Assembly (NCBI GenBank): GCA_037447605.1
Contig: CM074813.1
Location: 2,480,001 to 2,544,000 of the forward strand
DNA: 64,000 bases
Reading direction: 5' to 3'
Origin: Zygnema circumcarinatum SAG 698-1b
Lineage: Eukaryota; Plantae; Zygnematophyceae
Shown: positions 33,330 through 46,501 of the stretch, piece after piece
Numbering within the stretch: position 1 is the first letter of the stretch
Layout: each line of letters opens with the position of its first letter
Program-made: the position numbers and the translations under genes
The notes under the pieces: model-generated
What the model was told of the DNA's origin: nothing
Databases searched by the model: none
What the model saw: the letters and a program-made list of their open reading frames with translations, nothing else

Positions 33330-36300
33330 TCACCTCAGTAAAAGTCTGAGATCGGTCCAACAGGGCTCATCGTACATGGCAGCAAAGGGATGGTCTATCA
33401 GCCTGGCAATGGAGGGCCGGTTGCGTGGGTCTTTTTGAAGGCAGAGAGAAATGAAGGATCTGAACTGGGGAGAGCTCCCTAGAGGAGCCTGAGGGGGGTC
33501 GTTATATACAATCGCACCAAAAAGTGTCATCCAATCGGCAGTCTCCCCCGATTGAAGATATGGAAACCGGCCCATAGAAAGTTCCAAGAGTGTCAGACCC
33601 ATGCTCCATACATCTGAAGCGTATCCGTTATACTGTCCGTCGCCTGTAGATGAGGGGTCAATCCGTTCAGGTGAAAGATAGGCTGAAGTTCCCACGTAGG
33701 AGCTGCACTGTGCTAATGTGTTGGCCAGCATTGTGCTTACACCAAAATCCGCAATCTTTACCTGCACAAAGGAGGAGGCAGCAGTTAGCAGGCGAGTTAG
33801 GGATACTGACAGATTACAATGGGAAACATGTCTTACTTGATTATTTCTCCAGATGTAGCCTGGCTCAAATAGGCCTCTGAACTGCGGGAATTGGCGTGAC
33901 ACACAAGTAGGGCTAGTGACAGTTTACGTTCTGCTATGTTCACGGCTGCATCTTCAGGTCTTTCCACCATTTTCGGAATGCTAAGTGTAAGCCCGGGGAA
34001 ATGGAGCATGCATGGACCCAATCTTGGATGCCTATAGTATCGTACCTTGCTCCTGCTTACAGATTCTATATTATATAAGGCTTTTATTTTCCAAGGGACA
34101 GTTTTAGGGACCTTGACGTATTCTTCATAAAGATGGATAGAAATCTTCTGAAAGTGACCAACGTTCTTGATACTGTTGAGTCATCTCAGCCCTTTCATCC
34201 TCTATCATTGACCTCGTTTGTTTTGTTGTCACAGGCCATGCAGTTAAAAAGTTGCAAACGCCTCTCACCTCCCCTCGAGAGTTGATCAAGAGATTGGAGG
34301 GTTTGATGTCTCGATGTACAACATGCTGGCGATGGAGATACAGCAACCCCTGCAGTACCTGCCTTGTGATTTCTGCTAGAAACTCTTCCCTGATACGTCC
34401 CTGCAGGCACCCAAACCCTCTTGGATTTCGTTGGAACAAGTTACTACTGTACTTCCAACTGTACATAAATCACTTCTAAACTGGAAGACTCATCCAGCAG
34501 CACCCATAAACAAGTGTCACCAGGCTCCATGCTTCGTGTGACGACAATCTCGCTAAACATCGGTGCACTTCAGCACAGCTAAAGAACAGCAAACGTGTAG
34601 CCGTTAATGATCGCATTTTTCAGCTGCCTACTACGTTTTTAGCTTCAGCAACAGTAACCGCTTCAGAACGAGGTGTGACCTGTCAAAGTGCTGGGACAGA
34701 TTATACAGAAGCACTCCAAGCATCTCTCCATAAGTTCCACTGCCCAGCGAAAAACACCATCTTGCCTTTGCACCTCTCAATTCATTTCCCATTACTTTTT
34801 CCTTGATCGAACTGTATGCTTCAGCACTTACACATTCCTATTAGGCATCCATCCAGACTTGACAGAAGCATCTGCTGAAGTGATACTCATCGTCCACATG
34901 TTCACATATTGGATGCAGCAAGCAACACCTCAATGGATCTGCAAAGGCTGTCTGCATATTCTGCCACTAACGACAACAAGGCTCCTACCTGCTTTTTCAT
35001 GACATCTGCTAAGGTTCCAGCATCCATAAGCTCCAGAACAAATGATATCTCCCCCAATACGTCGAAAATGGCATAGCATTGTACAATCTGCATGCCCACA
35101 GACAACATACAACAATCGACTGTTGTCAACCGTTTGCTCAAGTTTTCATGGGTAAACCATGGTAAACAGGCACAAGGAGTATGGAAGATGTGCGAAGATC
35201 AGATGAAAAACGACTTGATATAGACAAAGCAATCAAGGGGATCTCATATTAAATGAAAAGACTAAACAGGGTGAAGCTTGAAGGTGAAGCTGCAACTATA
35301 CTGCAGCCGACCAGAAATCCAGTTTTCCGTTCAGCTTACGTATGGCATTTATCCACGTGCATATTTTCCCTCCTTTATGATCTAGAAGAGGGAACATCTC
35401 TCTGTTTATGTCCCTATACCAGCGTAAACATCTGACTTTCTGTTCCTCTATCTCTCTCCCTCTTCTCCTACCCTCACCCTCTCGCCATGTTGTAACGCCC
35501 ACTCGCTTCCCTGCTCTGCATCTTCATCCCTCCAACTTCTCTCAACTCCCAGTCATTTATTCATTTCATCTTTCCTCGCTCACTCGAAGTTGCCCTGGTC
35601 TTCCCTTTCTTTCCATTCGTCCCCATTTCCTCTTCACCACTCCTGCTCTATTCCTCCCTCACTTTGCAAGAAAAGCTCCTTCACATGTGTTACTTTTGGA
35701 ACCGAAAGACTAAGTCGACAAGGAGCAACATCCCCCCACCTGCTGGCAACGCGACTTTCGTAGGATCTGCATTTCCCGCACAATCTGCTTTCTGACCTCC
35801 TCTTCATGCTTCTCTTGAATGATTTTCAGCGCATATTCCTGTCATGCCCAAATCGCCAGGCTGTAAATTATCAGTGAACATGCTGAGGATGTTACATTCG
35901 CTTGCAAAAAGGTGGAAAATAGACTTCATCTTTACTGCACTGGTTTCCACATGCAATTTTGAGTTTAAATTTTGATCCGAACTAAGCGAACATGCTAAGT
36001 CCAAGGCCATATTGACTGGCTTTGAAAGGCATTTCAAACGAGGAAGCAATTCGCCTCCTCCATCCCTGAATGAAAAGTAACCGCCTCTTTAGTCTTCCTT
36101 TGTGACCTCCAAACGTCACATTGAAAGCCATTCACAGCTTATCTTCACATTGTCAAAGCGAAGTTAAGGTGCAAACTCACCTTTCCTGTCCGCTTGTGTC
36201 GAACTTTGTATACTTTTCCTCCGCTCCCAAACCCTAAAGCGATCAGTCTCTCTAAATCATCAAGCAGAATCTCTTCCCTTTGCTGGAGTGCCGAGTTTGG

Positions 36301-36459
36301 GCCTGAAGATCCGCTCTGCGAAAAATCCATGGCGGCATCAGGCGGAAGCGGCAACGCCTGTGGCACTGGAAGGGGCTGCGGTCTGGCACCTGGCAGCACA
36401 GGGCGCGTCGGTACGTTCAGCCTAAGTCCTAACCCTCTCCCTCTCCCTCTGGCAGCCAT
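33330..36459 (-). CDS. Mitogen-activated protein kinase kinase, group C/D-like sequence, 5 exons
   Basis: Docking motif [11 protein letters not shown]; [11 protein letters not shown]|EYALKII|[20 protein letters not shown]|[12 protein letters not shown]|[34 protein letters not shown]. Confidence 0.92.
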
Positions 36460-37529
36460 GGCGGATGGCTCTCCCTCCTCCTTTTTAAACATAAACTAAT
36501 GCCTTATCGTTTAGAATAATTCAAGACGCAATCGCTCATAATTCAAACAATTTTCTAAATGCAGCAGTTCCCTCTTTGACGGTTCTGACAAGCTTTCAAT
36601 GCTGCTTCTCCCTCGTCTGCAGAGAAGACTGATTCTTGCCAGTACGGAATTGCGCGCTGAAATACGAAGTCAGAGGCAGGAGACGGAGAGGGAGAGAGGG
36701 AGGATGTCATCGGCCCATGGCGGTTTGAGGAAGGAGAACGACGGAGGGCCAAAGACTGACCAAGAACATGACTATGACTAACCATGTCGCTGGTCAGTCA
36801 GACTGAAGCTGCTGGTCGATCTCGGCCGTCGATTTATGACTTCGGAAAATTTCAGCCATTGGAATGGCACTGTCTTTGTGGAGACATGAAAGACTTTGTT
36901 TCTATGATTGCTCCTTAAACAAAGCGTTCCTTGAACAAATTCTGATGATGTTGCCAAGTTAGAAGCTGTTCGTTCTCCTGCTCGAACACATAACTCGTGG
37001 GAGGGCAATATTTCCATGTTTTGTAATGTGTAAAAACTTGAGTCCACAACGAAAGCTGTCTTTATGCCACACGTTTGTTCAGCTCAGAATGGCGTGTAGA
37101 GCTTGTACAGAGCAGATGAAGCACAGACTTTGAAAGGAGTCCAAGAAACTGAATGCTTTTGTTAACCCAAAAGAAGATCCACGGCGACTTGAAGGCATCA
37201 CTCTCCTTACATCAGCTTCACGGGGAGACATGCATCAACCCTTGCCTTCCGACCAACTGCCAGAAACCACCCTAACCCTAAATTTCTGTCTACCCTACGC
37301 GCTCATCTGCAGAGAGAGGTACATCAATATCAACGGCGAAATACTTTACAGAATACTTCAAAACAACACAACACGAAAATGAGAGGAGCTCCTGCAAGGA
37401 ACCTCCTGCATGCCAATGAACATCCCAGGTCCTGCCTCACCACCCTTCCCAGAAATGTACATATCTGGTTTCTTGCAATGGCAAGAGAGAGAGAGTGAAT
37501 ATGAACGACAGAATATTGTCGTCTCAACT

Positions 37530-39922
37530 TTAGGTTGAAAGTGTGAGACACGCAATGACCCCCGAGCTTATCTGCACATCCTTCACCTCCCACGCGAGGA
37601 TGTCAGAGTGCTTGGGCCGCTCCCACCAAGGAGGGCTCAGAATGCTCATGAAGCCCAGCCTGCGCCTTGTTGCCCCATCCCCCCCAAACACCATAATCTC
37701 CTCCTCATCATCGATGATTGTCTTCTTCACCACTGCAAACAGATCATTCAAAAGCAACGTTTTAGAAAGGACTTCTTTCACCGCAGCCGTCCAAACAAAT
37801 CAGAGTTTCAGAACGCCGAAGCAGTAATGCAAAGCAAGTACCCTCAAAAGATTGAAGGAGTCACGACAAACAGAACATATCAGAAAAGAACGCTTCAAGT
37901 GTGCAAACCCAACCTGTCTGCACAATGATGAGCTTTCCACAGACAGCTGCAAGGAAATGCCCATCAACAGTAAACTCCTCATCTCCTCTCTGCTCCCTTA
38001 GTTTGCGTGGTAGTCTCGCAATCGGCTTCCACACTTCTCGTGCAGGTGGTCTGAGATTGGCCATAGCCTCCAGTTGCTGTTGATGAGGCATCATTGTCGT
38101 GCTTGCCTGGAAGTTGCCTCTGTTCCTTAGAACAGATAACTCCCCCCATAAGGAAGATTGGCGCTCTCCTTGGGTTGCATAGATTGCCCCGTCCAATACT
38201 GCCATAGATTGACTTGTCTCTAGGCTTGCAGTAGATGGGAAAAATCCCGGAATTGTGCTCCAAGCGTCGATCTGAGGGTCATATACATATGCACTTCTTG
38301 CCCCATGAAATGGATGCCTGTGCCAGATGGCATAGAACAACCCATCCTTTGCAATGCCTCGGCATACATCGCCAGGATATGGCATGCTCTCTGCTACTGT
38401 CCAGATATTCGTTCGCAAATCCAAAACCTCCGCACTCGCATCAAAACAACTTCCTGCCACAATAATCCGATTCTCATCGAGTGCAGCTGCCGCAAACTGC
38501 GATCGCGGGCGAGACATGGAGGCGAGGGCGCACCATGTGTAACTGATTGTGTCAAATGACCATACATCGCAGCTTCCTTGCTGCGTTCTCTGATTCCGAC
38601 GTTGATCTCTAAGAGGATCACCCGGCATGTGAAAGGCACCTCCAAGAACAAGAAGCTTTGAGCCGGCAGAAACCACCTGGTGGAAGGAATACTCCAGGCT
38701 AAACATGAGCCTAAATGTACTATCATTCTCTACTCGCAAGCACTTCAAAGGGATGGTCTCAGACGAATTTCACGTGTATGAATAGATTTACGCCAACAGG
38801 CTAGTCTATAGTGCCATACCGTAGGGCGCATCCGAATGATTGTGTGGTTATTGACAAGATATGAAAGAAAAATTAGACCATACAACCTTGTCAGCCAAAC
38901 CTAAACCTTCAAAGCAGAAGAAACAGGCTGAGATTAAAATAACGTCCGTACGAAAAAGCAGTTAAATCAGCAGGTCACAACCATTACTAAGACACCTCTC
39001 CCAATCCTTTCACTGACTTTTTCAATTCAAATTTCAAGCATATCTTGACCAGGAACTGTCAGTAATTACGGGGAAGACTGTACCTCGAACCCGCTAAAAT
39101 TACTGAAACGCCCACCAGGCTTCCATATGGAAAAGGACGATAGATAAAGAGGCGGCAATTGAAACCATGCATGTGATCGAAAATCCAAAGCCTGCGCCCA
39201 GTTTACACTCATTTTTTCTAAGTCCAAAGTCATTGTAAGTGTCGCTGCCAACAAAGAGTTGAATGAAGCAAACAACTGTCCATGGCGACTGAATGGCTAA
39301 TGAAATTTTGACAATACCACACAAAAGTAGTGATAACATGAGAAGCAGACGCTCAATCCCCTGGATAAACAAAATTGAGCAAACATAGCTTGAACATAGT
39401 AACAGACTGAAAAGTCCCCGCCTCTTTCATACTACTCCCTTAACAAAGCAACCCCAGCCAAGAGCAACCCTCAGCTTCGACAAGACCATGGAATCCTATT
39501 CTGATCCTCACCTCAAATGTGATCGCTCTCCTCCCCTTCACATCCTGCACGCCCAGGCAGACGCAGAGCACGTCTCCCGTCGTGCCCTCAACTTCCCTAA
39601 CCTTGTGAAACTCCTCGCTGCGCAGCACGCGGCGCCACATGGCGCACACCGCGCGCGCGGGCAGCAGCATGCTGTGCGGAATCCTGGCGAGGCAGAGCAT
39701 GGCCAGGTCATTGGGCAGTCCGGGCAGCAGCAGCCCCGCGTGCGCGTGCCGCCCCTGCTCCGCCAGCGACCTCGCAATGTCCTCCACGGGCGCGCTGGGA
39801 GGAGGCCTCTGCACGAGGCTGCCCAGGTGCGGGCAAGTGCACGCCCGCGCGGGCGGCTTGAACACTCGCGCCCATTCCTCGTCGACGCCCTCCATGTCCG
39901 GCGCCATGCCCTCCCTCGCCAT
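37530..39922 (-). CDS. F-box/kelch-repeat protein, about 4 exons
   Basis: F-box LLPGLPNDLAMLCLARIP..RAVCAMWRRVL. Kelch repeats KLLVLGG..VWSFDTISYTWCALASMSRPRSQFA, IIVAG..AEVLDLRTNIWTVAESMP and YVYDPQIDAWSTI. Confidence 0.88.
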
Positions 39923-41103
39923 GGCGGAGGCAGGAGAGCGAGAGTGAGCGAGAGCGAAGGTGGAGGTACTCGGCGGTTCTCCCTCACCTCGCCTGCTCGG
40001 TATACCCCGATACAATAAAGTACATCCATATCGCGATATTCAGATATCGGGGGCGGTTGAATGGATGATGAATGAACCTCGCCGAAATTCGGGTCTCACC
40101 TTCGCACCCGAACAAGAAAATGGGGTGAAAATTTGATGTTTCGCGAGGTACCACGTGGATGCCACGTGGCGACCTCCCGTTGGCGGTAGTTCGGCGCCTA
40201 AGCCTCCGGCATTCAACCGGACGGTTTCCATTCAAAACCAGTTCAACCAAATTGCGCGGTCCATGGGAGGCCCAAACCGTGAAACCTTTGCCTTGTGCCT
40301 TTACCGTGAGCCCACTTCCAGTGTGCGCGTGCGCATGTCTTTCATGGACCTATTAACGTGTTTGGAGCACGGCGGGGAATACACGGGGTTCAGGGAGGAT
40401 CCGCGCCCGTGCCCAAAGGCATGCCACTTCGGGCGTGCCCGCAACCCTATGCAAGACTCAAGCCCATCATAGGAAACAAAAAGAGGGCGTGCCATGAAAC
40501 ACCGTCAGAGGGATCCCACGCGAGGCGAGCACGGGGTACACGCACAGCGCAACGACCATAAGGACGCAAAGCTCGCGGGATAAAAGAGTACGACACGACC
40601 CAACAATGACGTGCATACGTCCACGCTACGGGGCTAAGCCTAACTTACAACGAGGGCCCACGAAGGACAGGGCGACGAAGAGGGAAAGGGAAAGGGTCAA
40701 CAAAAGGCCGAGGAAGAGGAGGACTTCAACGCTTGATCCAATGGTCCGACGTGTCCCCATTTTGCCAGAGATTGCTCAAAGAGCTAACGGATGGTATGAG
40801 CAAGGTTAAGGACTGATTCCAAATGGGGGATGGGTTTGGCATCAAAGTATTAGAACCCAGTCTAAAACTCACGATGGACATCGTGAGTTCAATGCCATTT
40901 TCTCTCCCCAGTCAAAATGAAGATGATGTGGCATTGAAAACCGACCAACCAACCAACCAACGAATCCATTCATTCATTCGTTCGTCCTCTGATTGGTTAG
41001 CATGAAATCTGGGATGTGCCCCGAGCACTTTGGGGTGCGCCTCCAGTGACGTGTATTTGGCCGCGTGGCCCCCCCGGCAGCATGAGCGGCAGCGCCACTT
41101 GTA

Positions 41104-41152
41104 TGCTGAATGCTGAATGCTGAATACTGAATACTGAATACTGAATGCTGAA
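41104..41152. repeat. 7-bp tandem repeat T(G/A)CTGAA x7
   Basis: tgctgaa x3, tactgaa x3, tgctgaa. Confidence 0.9.
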
Positions 41153-43230
41153 TGGTACCATACTGTACGGCACCGTACCGCGCGGCCCTCTCCGGCACGC
41201 CGGGCGGCGCGTCACCTTTTGGCAAACCAACCTTTCCGTTTGGACCGCGCGTCACGCTTGCCGGAAAAGCGTGAAGTTCGTCATTCTTGAACTACGGTAC
41301 GGCACCAGTATCTCCATACTCTTACGATTTCAGAACTAGTACATGGTTCTCTGGAAAATAAATATAACATTGGAATAAACTTTACTTTTTCTCAAAATAG
41401 TTTATGCCATCGGTATTTTTTAGATTGACAAGATCTATGAATTTCGTCCCGTTTACGAACCAGAATCCAAATAAGTTCCAGTTTATTACGAGCCGTACAG
41501 TGCCGCACGGTGAATGGATAAGCACAAGCGATTGCGAATGATTGCGAGCGCGCAACCAACCAACCAACCGCGCTTTCGGTACCGTACCGTACGGTACACG
41601 CCTTGAAAGCTCCACCTAGGGATGACAGTCCGTACAAGGGACTTTTTAGAGTTTTAGATTTCAGTATGATATTAGAACGTTCTACCGATACCGAAAGCTT
41701 CAGAGTTTTAGAACACTTTTAGAACTCGTACGGTCTTTTAAATTGGACATTATGTACGGTCGTACGGTTGTCGATCTCAATTTTAGGTTAGGATTTGACG
41801 TTGCGGGTGTCGCTGGCCAGGCCTCCTCAAATAAGGGGTATCCCCAAAATATCACAAATCGATTATTTAAGGGTAACATCGACATGTGTTTTATGGGAGA
41901 AAACCGTAAATACTATAAAATCCCTAAAAACGCCCTTTCTTTTTCAAAACCAATTTAGGGGACAGTCCTTTATCTTAGGCCAAAATCCCCTATTTGAGGC
42001 CTGGCGATGGTAGCCCGTCAGAGACGCTGCCGTGTCACCGTACGGCCGTAGTCGTACGGCAATTTTAAAAGTGTTTAATAAAACGGCCTGATTTTTAGAA
42101 TTTCTTATTGGAATTCTAAAACACGAGACTGCTTCATAATAATATCCATCCCGGCCTCCAACATGGTTTGACCCGAACGTGGTCGCTCCCCACGGTACCC
42201 TATTCGCCATGTTCCACATCTCGAGAGGTTCATGCATAACGGCATGAACCATTTTTGGAATGTCACAGAACTCACAATTCTTCCCCAACTCTCCCATAGC
42301 GTACCGTGTAAATCACTTTACCGACATTTTTCATTTTTTCGTATACTGAATTCGGGAATTTCGTACGCTCCGCTCCGTCTGACCCCCCCTAATACGTTAA
42401 CATTTGAACCATCAAGAAAGATACCCATAAGTGGCCCCCACATGCCCGGCAGGTCCTCACGTCTCTTTCCGTATTCCGGACAGAATTCCCCCCTCCCCTC
42501 CCCGGCTCTCCGATTTTCCGTAAGCACGTCCGAAGGCGGAACCTGCTCCCAAGCCGAAACCGCCCAAGCGGAAAATATCGCCGATTCGTACGCCGGCCGC
42601 GGCCCCTTTCGATTGGCCGGCCGCCCGGCTGTTCGTAGAATTTCATACATGCCGTACGGTACGATCCGTTTGAAAGTATGTACGGCGCGGGTGTACGGAC
42701 AGACCCGGGCGGCAAATCGCCTTCCAATCTTTGGTCCTTGTCGATCCTGGAGGGTGTGAGGAGCGGCGGCCATGGCTTCCGCCCCGCAGGGGGCCTTGCA
42801 GACAAAGAGGGGAAAGCGCCTGGTGCGGTTTTTCGGGGAAGGAGGGTCGTACGCTGAGTCATATGCGTTTGTTGTTGAAGACGGTGTCTGTTTTTGTGCG
42901 GAGGAGAGCTGTGGGAGGTGCAGCGGTCGAGCGTTTGGTGACTGCAGTAGTGTTGTAGGGGCGTTGGGAGCTTTCTCCTCGCTGGCTTTAGATTCGGCTC
43001 TTTGAACTACTACAAATTTTTAGTTATCTGTACATTTTTGTTTTTATTTTTATTTTGTGGTATTTTACCTATGTATTGTTACGGAGGAAGTCGTGGAGAA
43101 GTCTGCAGAAGAGCTTCTGCGTCAGACAAGTATTGAAGAGCGTTGTCGATACTCGCTTAGAATTTTTCCGCTTGCCTTACGGTGAAGGGATGACAAGAAC
43201 ATTTGCTGCTTAATGTCAGCTGTAACGTGA

Positions 43231-46200
43231 AGTGAGTCTTGTAACCTTTGCTTGAACTTTTGTGCATGTTTTTCTTGCTAACGCAGATTCCGAGGCATGA
43301 TTTTCCTTCTTTGGATGCGGAATGTTTGTTTGTCGGTATTGTTTCCTACTCGCGATTATGCATGCTGAATCTCTCCTTTACCCTAATGCATACCGGGTAG
43401 TACATGGACGGCTAGGAAGCGACATGAGAACTAGCACTGGCTTCTTTTTCAACGTTGTCCATTCTCTCTTTTTTCAGAGGCTGCATTGCAGTCTGTTTCG
43501 TTTGAATGATCCCTGAACACCCATTCTGTTGCCTGTGATGCAGTGGCGATTCCAAATGATGAGGCTGTGGTAGTTCGAAAGGGTCCTCACCCTGGAGATC
43601 CCACAGAGATAACTATCAACTGCCCGGATAAGGTCGGCCTGGGCTGCGATCTCACTCGAACCATTTTCGAGTTTGGGCTCAGTGTGGTTCGAGGAGGTAT
43701 GTTCTTGTTTTAGTTTTCTCCAGTCCCTATTATTTTTCTCCAGGCTTTCCTACCTTCTTATTGCGTGTTAGGGTTTTTCTGCGAGGAATGCCTCCCTTGC
43801 GAAAGTTGCCAATTATCGCTTGTGGTAAATATGAGAAAAAAATTGCGGTGGCGAGGTACCGATGCTAAGGCATGGACGTTCGCATCCTCATATGTCTAAA
43901 AGGTTTGCTTTTTTTGGCAGTCTGGACTGCAATTCTGATCATGGAGACGACTTATTGTTTGGTTTCGTTTTTGCTTCATCTTGGAATCATTGTACGCAGG
44001 GCTATTTGTGAAATATAGTTTCCCTGTAATTGTAGTGGAGACAGAATTGGGAATAACCTGCAAAGTTTTTCTTATGACAGATCTTTCGACAGATGGACGC
44101 TGGTGTTTTCTTGTCTTTTGGGTACTCCCGCGGGTGCGTGGAGGAAAGAGCATCAAATGGTCCTTGCTTAAGCAGAGAATGGCAGCTGCTTGTCCATCAA
44201 GTAATCCGGTGCTTTTGCCAGTGGAAACTACTCCAAGGAGGAAGGAGGTTTACTTGCTTCAAATCTGTTCAGCAGATCGCTCGGGATTCTTGAACGGTAT
44301 GCGGGACGGCGTGATTTTGCAGAAACTCGTGTGTACTCCCGGGGATGTTATAAATATCAGCGCTTGAATTAGTTGGGCCATTGTAGCAGTGTATATTTTC
44401 TCGTTCCTGCAAAGATTGACGACTATCTTCAAGAATTGGGAGTGCAGACGTTACCCAAGCTTTATGGGAAGTGGAGCTCACCATACAAAGAGTCAATGTG
44501 ACAACTTCGCCTGATGGCAAAGCTGTCGACCTTTTCTTTGTGACTGATAACAGGTGCGCTTCGTCCCCCACATCATCTCACCCCTTTCTCCTTCCCGCTA
44601 TGCCCCATTTACTGACCTTGACCTTTTAGCTGGAACTGTCCCTTGTGGCATAATGCAAAATTCAGGCTTCGGCCAAGCTGGCAAAAAATGAACCACAATA
44701 ACCTGCAAAATTAGCAAAGGGATCAGTTGCATCGTGCCCTCGTGCACCCTCCTATGGAACTGGACGTGTTCCTTTTCTCTTTTTTGAGATCTCTTGAGCT
44801 TGTGAGGGATGACTGTTACCACTCCATCTTGTTGTTGACGTTAGTAGCTCGTCTGTTGGCTGCAGCAGGTTTCTTCGTGTGTTTGGTTTTGTTTTGAGGC
44901 GAACGTTGACAACTTGGATGATAAAATAGATTGATGACCATAGTTGAGGGCAGCTGATCATGTCGGTCTGCTTTCTAAACTTGCGGTAGTCGATTCCTAT
45001 GGATTAACCCACACACAATGGAACTACAGGACGCACTCTATTGTCAAGACGCTTACGTGCATCTGCGCTTTTTTGAATGGTACAGAGATGAGCTTCCCGC
45101 GAAGCATCGCATAGAAGATGTCTGTGAGCACGTCCGAGAGGTGCTGGGAGACCCTGCAACACAAGTTGATTGCCGGCTTGCAGGCCCGGTGCAGGGCCCT
45201 CATGGCTTGGCCATATCCACAGCAATGCCGGTGACTGTAGAAGAGTACCTTCTTCCTGAAAAATATCAGGAAGGGAGTATTTGGGAAGAGAAGCCATTGC
45301 CTGCAGAGAAGGTGGTCTCGTCTGCTACTGTCACAGTAGACAATTCGATGAGTCCTGCTCACAGCATGATGCAGGTTGCGGCAAAGGATCGCAAGGGCCT
45401 TCTCTATGATTGCCTTCGCCTGCTCAAGGACATCTGCATCCAGGTATGTCGTCTACATGTAGTTTGAATGGTCAACTTCATCTGATTAAAAAATTAGGAT
45501 TTCCAGCCTTATTGTTGAACTATTTTGCACAGCAGCCATGTCTAATACAGCTAGCAGAGTTATTCGCTGCTGCTCCGTTGAGTCCCCCAATTACTTTCGT
45601 CTATATCCACCACATGGGTGCTTGGAGAGAGGCTCAGGGAATTTGTTCACTGGACACATTTTCTTTCCGGCATTTTCTGATTCATCATCACTGCTTGCCT
45701 GGTACAGGTATCCTATGGACGGATTGCCAGCTTGGAGGATGGCATTTGCATGATTGACATGTTTATTCAAGACTCGCGGGGCAACAAGCTGACTGATGCA
45801 GAACAGCAACAAGATCTCTGTGCGAAGATGAAAAGGGAACTAGAGCGGCCTATACGCATTGCTGTTGTTACAAAGGGTCCGGATTCAGAGCTACTCATTG
45901 CTTGCCCTGTGGAAGAGTGCGGACGAGGGCGGCCTCGTGTGCTCTACGACGTAACCTTTATTCTACGGCAGCTTGAAATTCATGTTTTCAAAGTAAGCTT
46001 TAGTCTTCTACTTTTCCATTGATCAACAACACTACTTGTGCTGTGATCGAATGTAAAGCATGTCTAATCATAAACTGGCAATCGGCCCAACTCTGATATT
46101 TAGTTTGAAGCTACCACGTTTGTTTTCTAACTAATCTTACCAAATAACGTGAGAGCATAGGAGCTGAAGTGTCAACTTTCTAAATTTGAACCTTTGTTGG

Positions 46201-46501
46201 TGGAGTTCTGTTTTTTAGTAAGTACTTGGATATGTGGTCGTTCTGTGAAGGAACACGCTAGTATTCCCACCGGTTATGGATGTTAGCTTTTCCGTTTTTC
46301 TGGCGGTTTTTTGTTCAACGATCCTCTTGTCTGACATGATGTGAATGCTGATTGCAGGCAGACATATCTCGACATAAGGCCTGTGGCAGGCAGTGGGAAG
46401 TGTACCGTTTCATTCTGCAAGACAAGTTAGGGTTTCCCATATCCCGTGAAACGACGCGGGCACTTGTGGAGAATCAAGTGCGTAATATCCTGATGGGTTG
46501 A
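43231..46501 (+). CDS. ACT domain repeat protein, ACR9/ACR10-like
   Basis: AIPNDEAVVV..GDPTEITINCPDKVGLGCDL; DLSTDGRWCFLVFWV; DVTQALWEVELTIQRVNVTTSPDG; VDNSMSPAHSMMQV..DRKGLLYD; GRGRPRVLYDVT; RQWEVYRF. The start is inferred to be a split A|TG (see findings). Confidence 0.9.

Noticed and set aside
41617-41627. TAGGGATGACA resembling an Ac/Ds hAT terminal repeat
   Set aside because: No inverted partner or 8-bp TSD found.
42772-43005. ORF MASAPQG... as the ACR N-terminus
   Set aside because: No similarity to ACR proteins and no convincing in-phase splice to 43544. More likely 5' leader or a uORF.
46499-46501. TGA where the ACR family ends in Trp (MGW), plus TGAs in the ankyrin frame, suggesting UGA recoding
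   Set aside because: LSM1, the MAPKK, TPR-DnaJ and the methyltransferase all terminate at TGA at expected positions. A one-residue truncation and pseudogene stops explain the observations.
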